This document shows positions 41,284 to 53,929 of a DNA stretch of 64,000 bases, in pieces. Below the pieces are notes generated by a model that was given only the letters and a program-made list of their open reading frames with translations, was not told the origin of the DNA and searched no databases. Made by a program: the position numbers and the translations under genes. Origin of the DNA: Octopus vulgaris (taxonomy: Eukaryota). Each line of letters starts with the position of its first letter. Position 1 is the stretch's first letter. The stretch is taken from the NCBI GenBank assembly GCA_951406725.2, contig OX597830.1:20398001-20462000 (forward strand), written 5' to 3'.

Positions 41284-41288
<5 letters not shown>
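40346..41288 (+). mobile_element. young retrozyme-like / non-autonomous Penelope-like element in (TA)n: inverted arm plus about 1.33 tandem 549-nt units
   Basis: 40346-40558 is the reverse complement of 40665-40877 (213 bp, one mismatch seen). 40559-40739 is repeated at 41108-41288 (offset 549, about 4 differences). (TA)n on both sides; hammerhead at 41054-41118. Confidence 0.85.
41054..41118 (+). ncRNA. type-I hammerhead ribozyme (U4C core), predicted cut 41112/41113
   Basis: Reads ATAGCG-CCGATGA-C-GGA..CAAAC..GTTTG..TCC-A-GAAAC-ACGT-GTT-CGCTAT, with a 6-bp stem I and the palindrome ACACGTGT. Confidence 0.82.
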
Positions 41289-41370
<82 letters not shown>

Positions 41371-41573
41371 CATAAGTCTATATATTTTAGTTACAATATA
41401 ATGGATTCAAGCAATCTGGTAGTACTCATAAAAATCTCCTTAATGTATCATTCTATAAAACATAGAATATATATCGTGCAATACAAGAGAAAATGATGAG
41501 GAGTATATAAAGTCACGAATGATAGAGTAATGTTTGAATGAACGTTTATTTAACAATACGAAAAATCCTAATA

Positions 41574-41724
41574 CCTCGACAAATTGTTTCGTAACTCAAA
41601 GCATGCAAACAATTTATATTATTATATTTACCAATAAATGAATTACTTATATGTCCGTATTAATGCAAAATGCAAAAAAAATTCGTTCACATTTATGCAG
41701 AATTTGAGCTCCGTCGTCGGGTGA
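41574..41724 (-). ncRNA. degenerate hammerhead motif with long stem II (U4C core)
   Basis: Minus strand reads CCGACGA-C-GGAGCTCAAA...TTTGAGTTAC-GAAAC-AATTT-GTC-GAGG; stem I is imperfect. Confidence 0.6.
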
Positions 41725-41874
41725 AAGAAACAAAAGAGAGAGCGAAGCCGTTGGATTACAAGATGCAACTGTATATGTAGATGATGTAGTATTTATGTTG
41801 AAGATATTACACGTGTGATTAGCGGCTGCCCCAATATGTCATCATGATACGACCTCCCCATGCGTAAAATCAAT

Positions 41875-42302
41875 GGAGTGACTGTGTGGTAAGTAGCTTG
41901 CTTACGAACCACATGGTTCCGGGTTCAGTCCCACTGTGTGGCACCTTGGGCAAGTGTCTCCTACTATAGCCTCGGGCCACAAAAGCCTTCTGAGTGGATT
42001 TGGTAGACGGAAACTGAAAGAAGCCTGTCGTATATATGTATATATATATATATGTGTGTGTGTGAGTGTGCTTGTGTGTGTGTGTTTGTGTGTCTGTGTT
42101 TGTCCCCCCAACATCGCTTGACAACCGATGCTGGTGTGTTTACGTCCCCGTAACTTAGCGGTTTGGCAAAAGAGACCGATAAAATAAGTACTAGGCTTAC
42201 AAAGAATAAGTCCTGGCGTCTATTTGCTCGACTAAGGTCGGTGCTCCAGTATGGCCACAGTCAAATGACTGAAACAAGTAAAAGAGTAAAAGTAAAAGAG
42301 TA
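41875..42302 (+). mobile_element. SINE family A, full length
   Basis: All domains present. Confidence 0.92.
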
Positions 42303-42399
42303 ATGCCATTCTGAAAAAAAACTGACCTGGAATAAATATAGAATCCCCCCCCCCCCCGTTATTGAATACATACACAAACATCAACATTAGGAATACAGC

Positions 42400-43422
42400 T
42401 AGAACTTTCCCCACAAAACATATGTCAAGTGTAAGCATAACAGACCGGATATTGTTTGTTTGGGACGACGAGAAAAAGTGTGTACTGTCATAGAGGTCAG
42501 CTGTCCTGTTGATGTGAATATCTCGTTGAACATCAAAGAGAAAGAGGATAACTATGGATAACTGCTTAGAAACCTCCAGTATCTATATCCGGATTACAAA
42601 TTTACATTTATATCAATAATTGAGGCAATTGGTTTCGAAAGTAAATGCCTAACTGTCAGTCTGGATAAGCATGGATTTTCAGGAAAAGAAATCAACCATC
42701 TGATTCGCACATTACAAATATTGGGTTGTCCGGAAAGTTCGTGCCGATTTTTGAAGGAAAGAAAAAGGCCAATAAATATTTGCCATTACATTCCTAATCA
42801 ACCAAATATGAACCATTTTGTTGCACAGTGCGTCTCCATCTTTCCTTTAACTCGAAAATGCCCTCTTCCTAGAATTGGGGTGGTTTCATGGCAAAGAATT
42901 CATCAAGGTATCTTTTTACGTCATCCAAGGAATTGAAATTCTTACCATTAAGACTATTCTGCAGAGACCTGAATAAGTGGAAATCCGAAGGAGCAATATC
43001 TGGTGAATATGGAGGGTGGGGTAACACATCCCAGCCAAGCTGCAGCAATTTTTGTCTGGTTCCCAAAGACGAAAATAAACTTTCTTATCTTCCATTTTAA
43101 AGGGTTACAGAATTAACACAGGTTATAGGAACATAAACCTTCTTCCACGAAAAGATAGCTTAAGCTGTGCTCTAAATGGAAGTGTAGTCAAATCCTATTT
43201 TATGGATTCAACCATGTTCTAAAATAAGTCGAAAGGTAAGCTACTATAAATCGGCACGAACTTTCAGGACAGCACAATACAATCTGTAAGCGGAACAGTA
43301 AAACTATGCAAGACTTTTCTCAGGTTTAGAATGTGACATTGTTTCCGATATCCGCATTCCAAAGGAGGAGTTTTGTATCTTTGTTAGAAGCCAGAAGACT
43401 TTAAATGATTAAAAGCAGAAGA
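42400..43422 (+). pseudogene. R4/R2-group LINE relic (restriction-like endonuclease domain), split by a mariner
   Basis: Translates with frameshifts as KCKHNRPDIV.VWD..KCTVIEVSCPVDVNI..KEKEDNYG*LLRNLQYLYPDYKF..IRTLQI | QSVSGTVKLCKTFLRFRM*, a PD-(D/E)xK-type RLE. The 3' UTR ends in (CATA)n. Confidence 0.8.
42721..43277 (-). mobile_element. internally deleted mariner (Tc1/mariner) transposon
   Basis: 30-bp TIRs TTGGGTTGTCCGGAAAGTTCGTGCCGATTT (27/30 match) and a TA duplication at 42719-20 and 43278-79. Transposase fragment LGWDVLPHPPYSPDIAPSDFHLFRSL carries the mariner YSPD(L/I)AP motif. Confidence 0.95.
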
Positions 43423-43468
43423 GACATACATACATACATTTACACACATAACTATATACATATCTATA

Positions 43469-43632
43469 TAGGTGCAGGAGTGACTGTGTGGTAGGTAGCT
43501 AGCTTACCAACTACATTATTCCGGGTTCAGTACCACTGCGTGGAACTTGAGCAAGTGTCTTCTACTATAGCCTCGGGTCGACCAAAGCCTAGTGAGTGGA
43601 TCTGGTAGACAGAAACTAAGAGAAGCCCGTCG

Positions 43633-43667
<35 letters not shown>

Positions 43668-43900
43668 GTTTATGTTTGTGTGTCTGTGTTTGTCCCCCCT
43701 CCAACCATCACTCGGTAACCGATACTGGTGTGTTTACGTCCCCGTCACTTAGCGGTTCAGCAAAAAGAAGAGGCCGATAGAATAAGTACTAGGCTTACAA
43801 AGAATAAGTTCTGGGGTCGATTTGCTCGACTAAAGGCGGTGCTCCAGCATGGCCGCAGTCAAATGCCTGAAACAAGTAAAAGAGTAAAAAGACTAAAGAG
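43469..43900 (+). mobile_element. SINE family A, full length
   Basis: All domains present. Confidence 0.92.
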
Positions 43901-44167
43901 TATACATATATATATTTACATATGTGTGTGTGTGTGTATGTGTGTGTGTGTGTGTACGTGTGTGTATGAAGGTACAAATGCAGACACACACACACATACA
44001 CACATACACGTAAACACTCACATATTCATGAATAAATACATACAAGGGATGGGTATACACAGATACAATAATACATATATACAAACAAACGCACATGCAC
44101 ACACAAGCACACACCCTGTATACACACGCATCCATCTATCAACTCCACCCAGCCTTCATCCATTTAC

Positions 44168-44630
44168 ACATACATACATATATACATACAAACATACATA
44201 CATACATACATGCATGCATGCATACATACATACATACATACATACATACATACATGCATACATACATACATATATGCATGCATGCATGCATGCATACATA
44301 CATACATACATACATACATACATACATACATACATGCATACATACATACATACATACATACATACATACATACATACATACATACATACATACATACATA
44401 CATACATACATACATACATACATACATGCATGCAAACATACATGCATGCATACATACATACATACATACATACATACATACATACATACATACATACATA
44501 CATACATACATACGTACATACATACATACATACATACATACATACATACATACATACATACATACATACATACATACATACATACATACATACATACATA
44601 CATACATACATACATGCATGCATACATGCA
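44168..44630. repeat. (CATA)n microsatellite
   Basis: Direct reading. Confidence 0.95.
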
Positions 44631-44814
44631 CGCATTAAAGCAGAAATGTCGGTAAAAGAGAGTGAAAGGGAAAAAATGGCCATAGATTAGCAGCACCACC
44701 AGAAATCAAAAGAAACCGTCCAAAGAACATGGAAGAACGGGAAGAAGGAAATGTAAGCTAACAAAAATAAATATACATTAAATAAAAGTTATAAAGAATT
44801 ATGAAATTGACTCA

Positions 44815-44880
<66 letters not shown>

Positions 44881-45375
44881 CTTGTTTCGTCGCAGTTCTT
44901 AATCATGCAGAACGATGTTTCAAGGAGTGGGGTACGTGGCAACATTGTAAGACAGACAAAAAATAAGAAGAAAAAAAACAGAAATCACGGAAGGTGGATT
45001 CGATTTGTATTAAATACAACAGCGACGTGAGCAACGACGAACGCCGATGAAGGCGGCGGCAGCGGTAACGGCTGCGGCGGCATCGGCAGCGGTGACGGCA
45101 GAGGCGGCAGAGGCGGCAGCGGCGGTAACGGCGGCAACGGCGGCAGCGGCGGCAGCTGTGTTAGCTGCAGTAGGAGTAGCAGCGGCGGCAGTGATGGGAG
45201 CGGCGTCGGCAGTGACGGCGGTGGCGGCAGCAGTGACGGAGGCGGCGGCGGCGACACGACGACGACGACAAAAGCAGCGGCTGTGACGACGTTGAGGAGG
45301 AAGAAGAAGAAGAAGAAGAAGAAGAAGAAGAAGAAGAAGAAGAAGAAGAAGAAGAAGAAGAAGAAGAAGAAGAAG

Positions 45376-45406
<31 letters not shown>

Positions 45407-45813
45407 CTATGATATTGTCTATGGTTATGATGAAGATTGCAACTCGGAGTAAATCTCAAAAGTACAAACGAAGAGAGAATTAAATATCGTTTTATATCAT
45501 ATCAAGATACACATCAATTTTCGACGGTTTTTATGTCTGTATACAATTATTTATACATGAAAGCCCAAACAGGAAATTTTGAAGTTTTGACAATCAGACA
45601 GTGTCTATGGATGCAATATTTTAGTTAATTAAACATTTTCGTACTTGCGATGGTCTTGTACGCGTTCTGCATTCTTGACGAATTGTTCAATAATAAAATT
45701 TACTTTAAAATGGTTGTAAGAAAATAATCATTCAAGTATTGTCTGAAACGATTTGGTGGAAGAAACTGGAGTGGACATAGCTGGTGGTTCGTGTAGGTCT
45801 TAGTGAAAATGGT

Positions 45814-45849
<36 letters not shown>

Positions 45850-45946
45850 CATACATACATACATACATACATACATACATACATACATACATACATACAT
45901 ACGTAGGTAGGTAAGTAGGTAGGTAGGTAGGTAGGTATGTAGGTAG

Positions 45947-46042
<96 letters not shown>

Positions 46043-46059
46043 CAAATAGGTAGATAGAT

Positions 46060-46200
46060 ATGTTTCTTTATTAGCCACACAGGGCTGCACACAGACAGGC
46101 CAAATTACAAGGTAGAGCTTTTCTTTTGGGGGTAAAAAAGAGAGTGTGGTTTTCGATCAAAAGGGATCGTAAAAGGAAAGAAAGAGGACAAAAAACGTGG
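46060..46200 (-). mobile_element. 3' end of a Tx1-like LINE abutting (GATA)n
   Basis: Reverse complement TTGTAATTTGGCCTGTCTGTGTGCAGCCCTGTGTGGCTAATAAAGAAAC matches the 3' end of the LINE at 13885-13933. Confidence 0.75.
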
Positions 46201-46470
46201 TGGGATAGAAAATAAAAGGAAAAGGAAAAAAAATATCTTGGGGAGAGAATGCAAATCCTTAATTCCTACCGTACAAATAATCACGATATCTGGGACCTAC
46301 AAAAATCTGCAAAACCTTCTTAAGATTTTAAAGGGTAATGGTCAAAACAAAATACTTTCCCTCATGACCTTGCTAGCAAATCGGAGGCCGGTCAAAATTT
46401 ACTTTAAATTTAAAAAGAGAAAGAGAAGAACATACGTACACTCATACATGCATACAAGCATACATACATA

Positions 46471-46846
46471 TCGTGAAGTATATTTGCCTCTTAAATGTGG
46501 CTAACCCTTAAGAGTGGATGAGCCCAGGAGGACATCTTCAGCTGGCTATTGACACACTTTCTGACACACTATCAGTATTTGCAATGGGAAGTTATCCTTC
46601 ACATCTCCAGCCTGACGTGATACACACGGACTCGAGTTTCTGGGTATTGACCCGTCATCAGAAACTCGAGACTATGTGTATCACGTCAGGTTAGAATGGG
46701 AAGGATGGCTTCCCTTTGCAAATACTGATAGGGCACAGAAAGTATGTTAATAACCAGCTGGAGGAGATGTCCTCCTGGAGCTACAAGCTACAGTAGCATC
46801 CACCCTTAAGGGTTAGCCACATTTAAATAGCAAATATACTTCACGA
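46471..46846. mobile_element. foldback element with about 170-bp diverged inverted arms and a central hammerhead core (46629-46661, minus)
   Basis: Ends TCGTGAAGTATATTTGC...GCAAATATACTTCACGA. The centre on the minus strand reads CTGATGA-C-GGGT-CAAT-ACCC-A-GAAAC-TCGA-GTC. Confidence 0.8.
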
Positions 46847-47869
46847 TGTCATGCAGCTACTATTTATACCTCGCTCAGAGATTTATTATTTCATGCATAC
46901 ATACATACATACATACATACATACATACATACATACATACATACATACATACATACATACATACATACATACATACAAACATACATGCATGCATACATAC
47001 TAACAACTTATTAAAATCTAATAAAGAAAAGCCGATATTTATTTGTAAGTTTTCTTATGGGAAATTTCTTTACAATTTTGTAATAAATTTACATTTAACC
47101 CATTAACATCTAACATCCCATTTTTGGGGGACAGGGATTTTGAATTTAATATGAATAATATATTAAAGGCTGTATTTCCTTTGTATTCCCAAAGTATGAT
47201 GATGATTGTCTCTTGTCGTCCGAGAAAGACGGTTCTGCAATTTCTTGCTGAGCATGCGCAAAAGATTTGTTTATGGTGAGTAATGAAATGTTTGTGCTGT
47301 ACACTAGTTCACTGTCTCCAGCAATTCGACGTTGCCTAAACAGGCACACGGTGTACCACACGTCAGATGTCGAAGTGATCGCGGGTCAACGTGAAATGAA
47401 GTGTTTAATCTCAAGGCAAAGGATCGCGCGGAAAGCAAGCGCTGAGACTGTGATGTTTACATAGAACCCTTGTCGATGGGCTGCTGTTATCGTCATTTGT
47501 TACACTCATTTCCTAAATGGCATTTTATGTCCTGAGTTCAAATTGTCCTGTGGTCGGCTTTGCTTTTCATACTCTTCAGTCTCCTAAAATGGTCCCAGAT
47601 TCTCTCAGCCTTCCACCAGATGAAACACCAACCCTTGTATTTCATAGAGACTTAATGGCAAGCATAATCTGCCATCCGATGTAAAAACCCTTCTATGATT
47701 CGTCTCTGTGGAGGCCCCTACGATCAGTAGGGCAGCAAAATTTTAAAAAAGATTATTTTTGTTATTATGGTTGTTGTTGTTGTTGTTGCTGTTAATCCCT
47801 AATTCAGTCCTAATATATTAGACATGTAATCTAAAGTATTCCAGACGTGACTAACTTGCCTTTCTTTGT

Positions 47870-48410
<541 letters not shown>

Positions 48411-48760
48411 TTCTTTTTCTTTTCCTTTTTTTTTTTTGAAACATAACCTGGACTACGTTATCCAATCTTTTTTCAAGACGGCAGGGTACAATTTGAGGGT
48501 CATTTCGTTGTTACTTTTTGCAGGTCGTGCAACGACGTAGAAGCTCCCACTTTTCCTGTTTGTTGTCACTTGTTGCAATGCTGGAGGTGGTGATGGTGGT
48601 GGTAGTGGCAGCGGCGGTGGCGGTGGTGCTGATCATGTCCATAGATGGTGAAGGTGTTGGTGGTATCACAGGCGCAATGTGGTGGTGGTGGTGGTGGTGG
48701 TGCTGCTGGTGACGAGTGATGATTCCACAGTAACAGAAATGTGTAAAGGAAGAGCAATGA

Positions 48761-48860
48761 CGGCGGTGTCCACTGGCGGCGGTGTCCACTGGCGGCGGTG
48801 TCCACTGGCGGCGGTGTCCAGTGGTGGCGCGAGGTCCAGTGGTGGCGGAGGTCAGTGGTG
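48761..48860. repeat. 16-bp GC-rich minisatellite (CGGCGGTGTCCACTGG) x4 plus decayed units
   Basis: Direct reading. Confidence 0.85.
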
Positions 48861-49497
48861 AAGGCTCTTTGTGGTGGAGGCCAGTAGGCGTTATTAGTGA
48901 CGGTGGTAATTGTCTAATTAATCTGAAGTATGTTCAATGCAACCATTGTACGCTAAATTAAAAATGGTTGACAGGGTGGAGGTAATGGTGTAGCGCTAGT
49001 GACGACGGTGATGGTGGTAGCGGTGGTGGTGATGGTGGTGGTGGTGGTTGGTTGGTAGTGGTGGTGGTGATGGTGATGGTGGTGGTGATGGTGATGGTGG
49101 TGGAGGTGTTGTGGTGGTAGTGGTTGTAATGTTGTAGTGATAGTGATGGGGAAATAGTGGTGGTGGTGGTGGTGGAATGTTGAATTGGGGATGGTGAGAG
49201 TGAGAAGGTGGTGGTGTTGGCAGCGGCGGCGGTGGTGGTGGTGGTCGTCGTCGTCGTCGTTGTTGTGCAATGTTGAAATGGGGATGGTGAAAGTGAAATG
49301 GTGGTGGTTGAAGTAGTGGTGGTTGTAGTGGTAGTGGAATGTTGTAGTGGTAGTGGAATGTTGAAGTGGGGATAGTGGTGGTCATGTTACAGATATTGTT
49401 GCTGTTCTTGTTCTTGTTATTGTCGCTCTTGAAGCTGTTGTTGTCTTCTTCTTCTTCTTCTTCTTCTTCTTCTTCTTCTTCTTCTTCTTCTTCTTCT

Positions 49498-49544
<47 letters not shown>

Positions 49545-51160
49545 TTCTTCTTCTTCTTCTTCTTCTTCTTCTTCTTCTTCTTCTTCTTCTTCTTCTTCTT
49601 CTTCCAACCAGAACTCACACCATTAGCCACAAAGAATAATCTCTAATTCGAGCCTACTCTAAGCTACTAAGAATGCGTGTGGCAACTTGAAGATCCACCC
49701 ACCACACGCGAAAGCTACGTTGTTATCCTCATTCCATAAACGGTGGCTTTTAACGGGTGGAGAGCTGAACCATCCTGGGGTACAGAGGATTCGCAATCTA
49801 GACTAGGGTCTGAAAGTTTTACCACACATTAGTGGGTTACACCATGGTTCCTCTGCTTTGTGGCAGAAGTATGAAGAAAGAGTGAGAGAAAATTGTGGTG
49901 AAAGAGTACAGCGGGGCTCACCACCACCACCCCTCCGGAGTCTCGTGGAGCTTAGGTGTTTTTGCTCAATAAACACTCACAATGCCCGATCTGGGAATCG
50001 AAACCGCGAAAATGCTTAGCGGCATTTCGCACATCTTAAACATTCTGAGTTCAAACCCCGCTGGGGATCAACATTGATTTTCATTCTTTCGGGTCGGATG
50101 AAATAAATACCAGTTGGACACTGGGGGGGTCAATATAATCGATTTACCCCCGCTCCTGAAACTGCTGGCCTTGTGCCAAAATTTGAAACAGATGTTCTAG
50201 TTGTTGTTGAAGACCCTGCTTTTATTGTTTAGCACCAAAGTCAGCTCCAAGTGAGCAACTTTATTATTAAAAGCAGTCCAGCCATGACCAACACTCTCCA
50301 TTTTCTCCATATGTCGCGAATCCTTGACCATTTAATCCAGCGTGTCCATGTTTTAACTTCCGAAGGAAGTTTCACTGCTATTTCTAACCCGGCAAGCAAT
50401 AGTATATAGTCTTCCTCGGTGATTCGCTGCTGAGACTGGTGTTCTGTGATGGCGATGATGATGATGGTGGTGGTTGAGGTAGTAGTGGTGGTAGTGATAG
50501 TGTTGTAAGGGTCGTAGTGCTGGTGGTGGTGGTGGTGGTACGTTTGGTTGTGTTGATGGTGGTGATGGTGGTACTGGTAGCTGTGGCTGCGGTGGTTGCG
50601 GTGGTTGTAATGGTAGTGGTGATGGTGGCGGCGACAGTGGTAGCGGTAGGAGATGTGGTGGTGCCTGCTTATGGATGTGGCGGTGGTGGTTGCGGTGACG
50701 TTGATGGTGGTGGTGGTGGTGGTGCTTTTACTGGTGGCCATAGTTGTGGTGGTGGTAGTGTTTGTGGCGGTGGTGGTGGTGGTTGTGATGGCGGTGGTAG
50801 TAGTGGTTGCGGTGATGCAGGATGGTGGTGATGATGCGATGTGATAATGCTGAATTAGCAGTGATAGCGTTAACTGGTTGTTGTCTCGGTGATAGTATGT
50901 TGCCATAGAAACGGTAATGCCGTTTGATGGCGGGGTGTTTCCTGCATACAATGGTTTGTTGTTGGATGGCATAGTCGTGGGTCCTGGTGGTGGTGGATAC
51001 TGGAAATGGTAGCGCTGGTGGTGAGGATGGTGGTGGTTATGGTGATGATGATGTCGAAGATGATGTCGATTGTGGTGGTGGTGCTGGTGATGGTGTTGGT
51101 GGTAGGTGATAATTAAGTGGAGAGTGATGTTTACGGTGATCGTACAGCACAGAGGTGATC

Positions 51161-51212
<52 letters not shown>

Positions 51213-51280
51213 AGTGGTGGTTTTGGTGTTGGTTTTGATGGTTGTAGTGGTGGTGGGCATAGTGGGGATTACGATAATAT

Positions 51281-51326
<46 letters not shown>

Positions 51327-51335
51327 GAAGAAGAA

Positions 51336-51395
<60 letters not shown>

Positions 51396-52094
51396 GATAC
51401 AGGTAATTGGTAATCGTGGAGAGTGATGGTCATGGCAACGGTAAAGCATAGCGGTATGTTGTTGTTGCTGTTGTTGTTGTGGGTGTTGGCGGCAGCGGCG
51501 GCCGGCGGTGGTGGTGCTAGTTGTGGTGGATATTGTAGAGTCACGTTAGTTTTGATGAGGGGAAGGGCGTGGTCGTGATTGTACTGGTGGTGGGGATAGT
51601 GGTGGCGATGGAGGTGCTAGTGTTGGTCGTGGAGGTGGTGGTAGCGGTGGTTGTGGGTGGTGGTGGTGGTGGTGGTGGTGGTGGTGGTGGTGGTGGTGGT
51701 GATGATGAAGGTTGTGGTGATGATGGTGGTTGTGGTGATGATGGTGGATGATGATGATGATAGTGGTGGAAGTGTTAATGTTGATTGTGGTGGTGGTGGT
51801 GGTGCTGGTGGTGGTGCTAGTGATGATGATGGTGATGGAGGTGTTAGTGTTGGTGTTGTTGTTGTTGTTGATGTTGGTGGTGCTGGTGGTGGTCATGGTC
51901 GTGGTCGTGGTGGTAGGGATAGTAACAGTCGTTGTAGTATAGGCAATAGTGTTGATACTGCTCGTGGTCGTGGTGGTGTTGCTGACGCCTGCAAATTGGT
52001 GTATGCGCGAACGCATATTCGTGCGCATGCGTATGTACGCGCTGGTCTGCGCGCGCGTGTGTGTGTATGCATACATGCACATGGCTACGTGTGT

Positions 52095-52173
<79 letters not shown>

Positions 52174-52599
52174 TGTACAAATAAAGTATCCTCTCTTTCT
52201 TCAGGGACAATAGACAGAATGTCTAACCACAGGACAGGACGACCGCATCGTTAATTAAGACTGTGGAGGGGTTGGGGAGGTGTTGCCGAGGGTGTCGTTG
52301 GAGGGGGCGAGTGGCTGGGGGAGGGTCTGGAAGCATGAGGTCGAAGAAAGTGTGGGGACGGGGATGATGTTGTCTATAATATGTTCATGGTGGTTTGGGT
52401 TTCTGTGGTGTTGGTGGGAGCATTGTGTGGTTGACGAATGCGTCTGATTATGTGACCTTAGTGTTTGTTGTACACACACTGGTAATTACATGGAGACATA
52501 AACACACATTCATACAAGCACTTACTTAAATATACATACAGACATATATATATACACACACACATCAAACATTCACATGTATGCTTGTGTGTGTAGATT

Positions 52600-52675
<76 letters not shown>

Positions 52676-52684
52676 TACATACAT

Positions 52685-52743
<59 letters not shown>

Positions 52744-52746
<3 letters not shown>

Positions 52747-52899
52747 GCTGTGTGGTAAGTAGCTTGCTAACCAACCACATGGTTCCGGGTTCAGTCCCAC
52801 TGCGTGGCATCTTGGGCAAGTGTCTTCTACTATAGCCCCGGGCCGACCAATGCCTTGTCAGTGGATTTGGTAGACGGAAACTGAAAGAAGCCTGTCGTA

Positions 52900-52900
<1 letters not shown>
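52744..52900 (+). mobile_element. SINE family A head
   Basis: Family motifs between (TA)n tracts. Confidence 0.9.
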
Positions 52901-52941
<41 letters not shown>

Positions 52942-53028
52942 TATATATACACACACACACACACAAAACACACTCACATGTATGCTTGTGTGTGTGTATT
53001 GATACATACATATATATATATACATATG

Positions 53029-53087
<59 letters not shown>

Positions 53088-53290
53088 GTTATGACAGGTA
53101 ATGGTGTCAATAAGACCCAAAGGTGTGAGGTAATGCTGAGTAAGTACTAAGGACAGATCATAGTTAAGGTCCAAGTTTGGTGATTATGCGAGCAAGGAGT
53201 CCGACGTAGGTCATATATCAGCAAGTGTATATACAAAATCTTTTTTTCCAGAATGAGATAAAAAAAGACCCAAGTCTGTGATGATTTCAG

Positions 53291-53587
53291 AACATTTATA
53301 AATAGAAGGTCTTACAGCTGTTTCCGGGATATTTTTTATATCTCTTCATCGGAGACGGTGTGAGAGAATGGTTAAGCAATAGTTATTCTAGATAAAAAAT
53401 GAAATAGAGAGTGAAGATAGATGTGAGATATGCACATCTCACATCTCTTTTCATTCCTCCACTTCACTCTCTATTTCATATCTTATCTAAATTAACTATT
53501 GCTTAACTATTTTCTCACACCGTCTCCGACGAAGGGATATATAAATTATCACAGAAACAGCTGTAAGATCTTCTATTTATAAATGTT
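53291..53587. mobile_element. foldback element with a hammerhead (U4C core) in each arm: 53309-53356 (-) and 53522-53569 (+)
   Basis: Minus: GTCT-CCGATGA-A-GAGATAT..ATATCCC-G-GAAAC-AGCT-GTA-AGAC. Plus: GTCT-CCGACGA-A-GGGATA..TATCAC-A-GAAAC-AGCT-GTA-AGAT. Arms are about 140 bp and diverged. Confidence 0.82.
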
Positions 53588-53929
53588 TCGTCTCCCCAGT
53601 CTGAAAACTTAAGGACGCAGAACGCTTGTGTAACGTAGCCAACTAGAAACGGTGTTTCTTGGGGCTAAATAGCAGTGGAATTCTTCCCTTTGCTGGGAAT
53701 GCCACATTAAGTTGGCAACAAACCACCGATGTTTATAATGAATATAATAAAAGTTGACAATTTTTTAAATCTTATATTCATTTTGTAAACAAGTAATACA
53801 ATATTACATAAGCATTTTATAAGCATTTTGTAAGCATTTTATAATGTTTCTTTCTTTTCTCGCACACCACCACTTTGAGTAGCAATACCCTAGTGGATTG
53901 TCTTCAGTCAGTTTACTTTTAAGAGTTAA

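Noticed and set aside
48761-48860. Regular repeat as a possible CRISPR array
   Set aside because: Head-to-tail 16-bp units without spacers, in a eukaryotic context with no cas genes.
49660-49722. GCGTGTGG/CCACACGC stem followed by GAAA
   Set aside because: The upstream core is CTAAGAA and stems I and III do not pair; too degenerate to call.
50241-51449. 402-aa ORF, the longest in the window
   Set aside because: It is made of trinucleotide runs and ends within a family E repeat; no domain or splice evidence.
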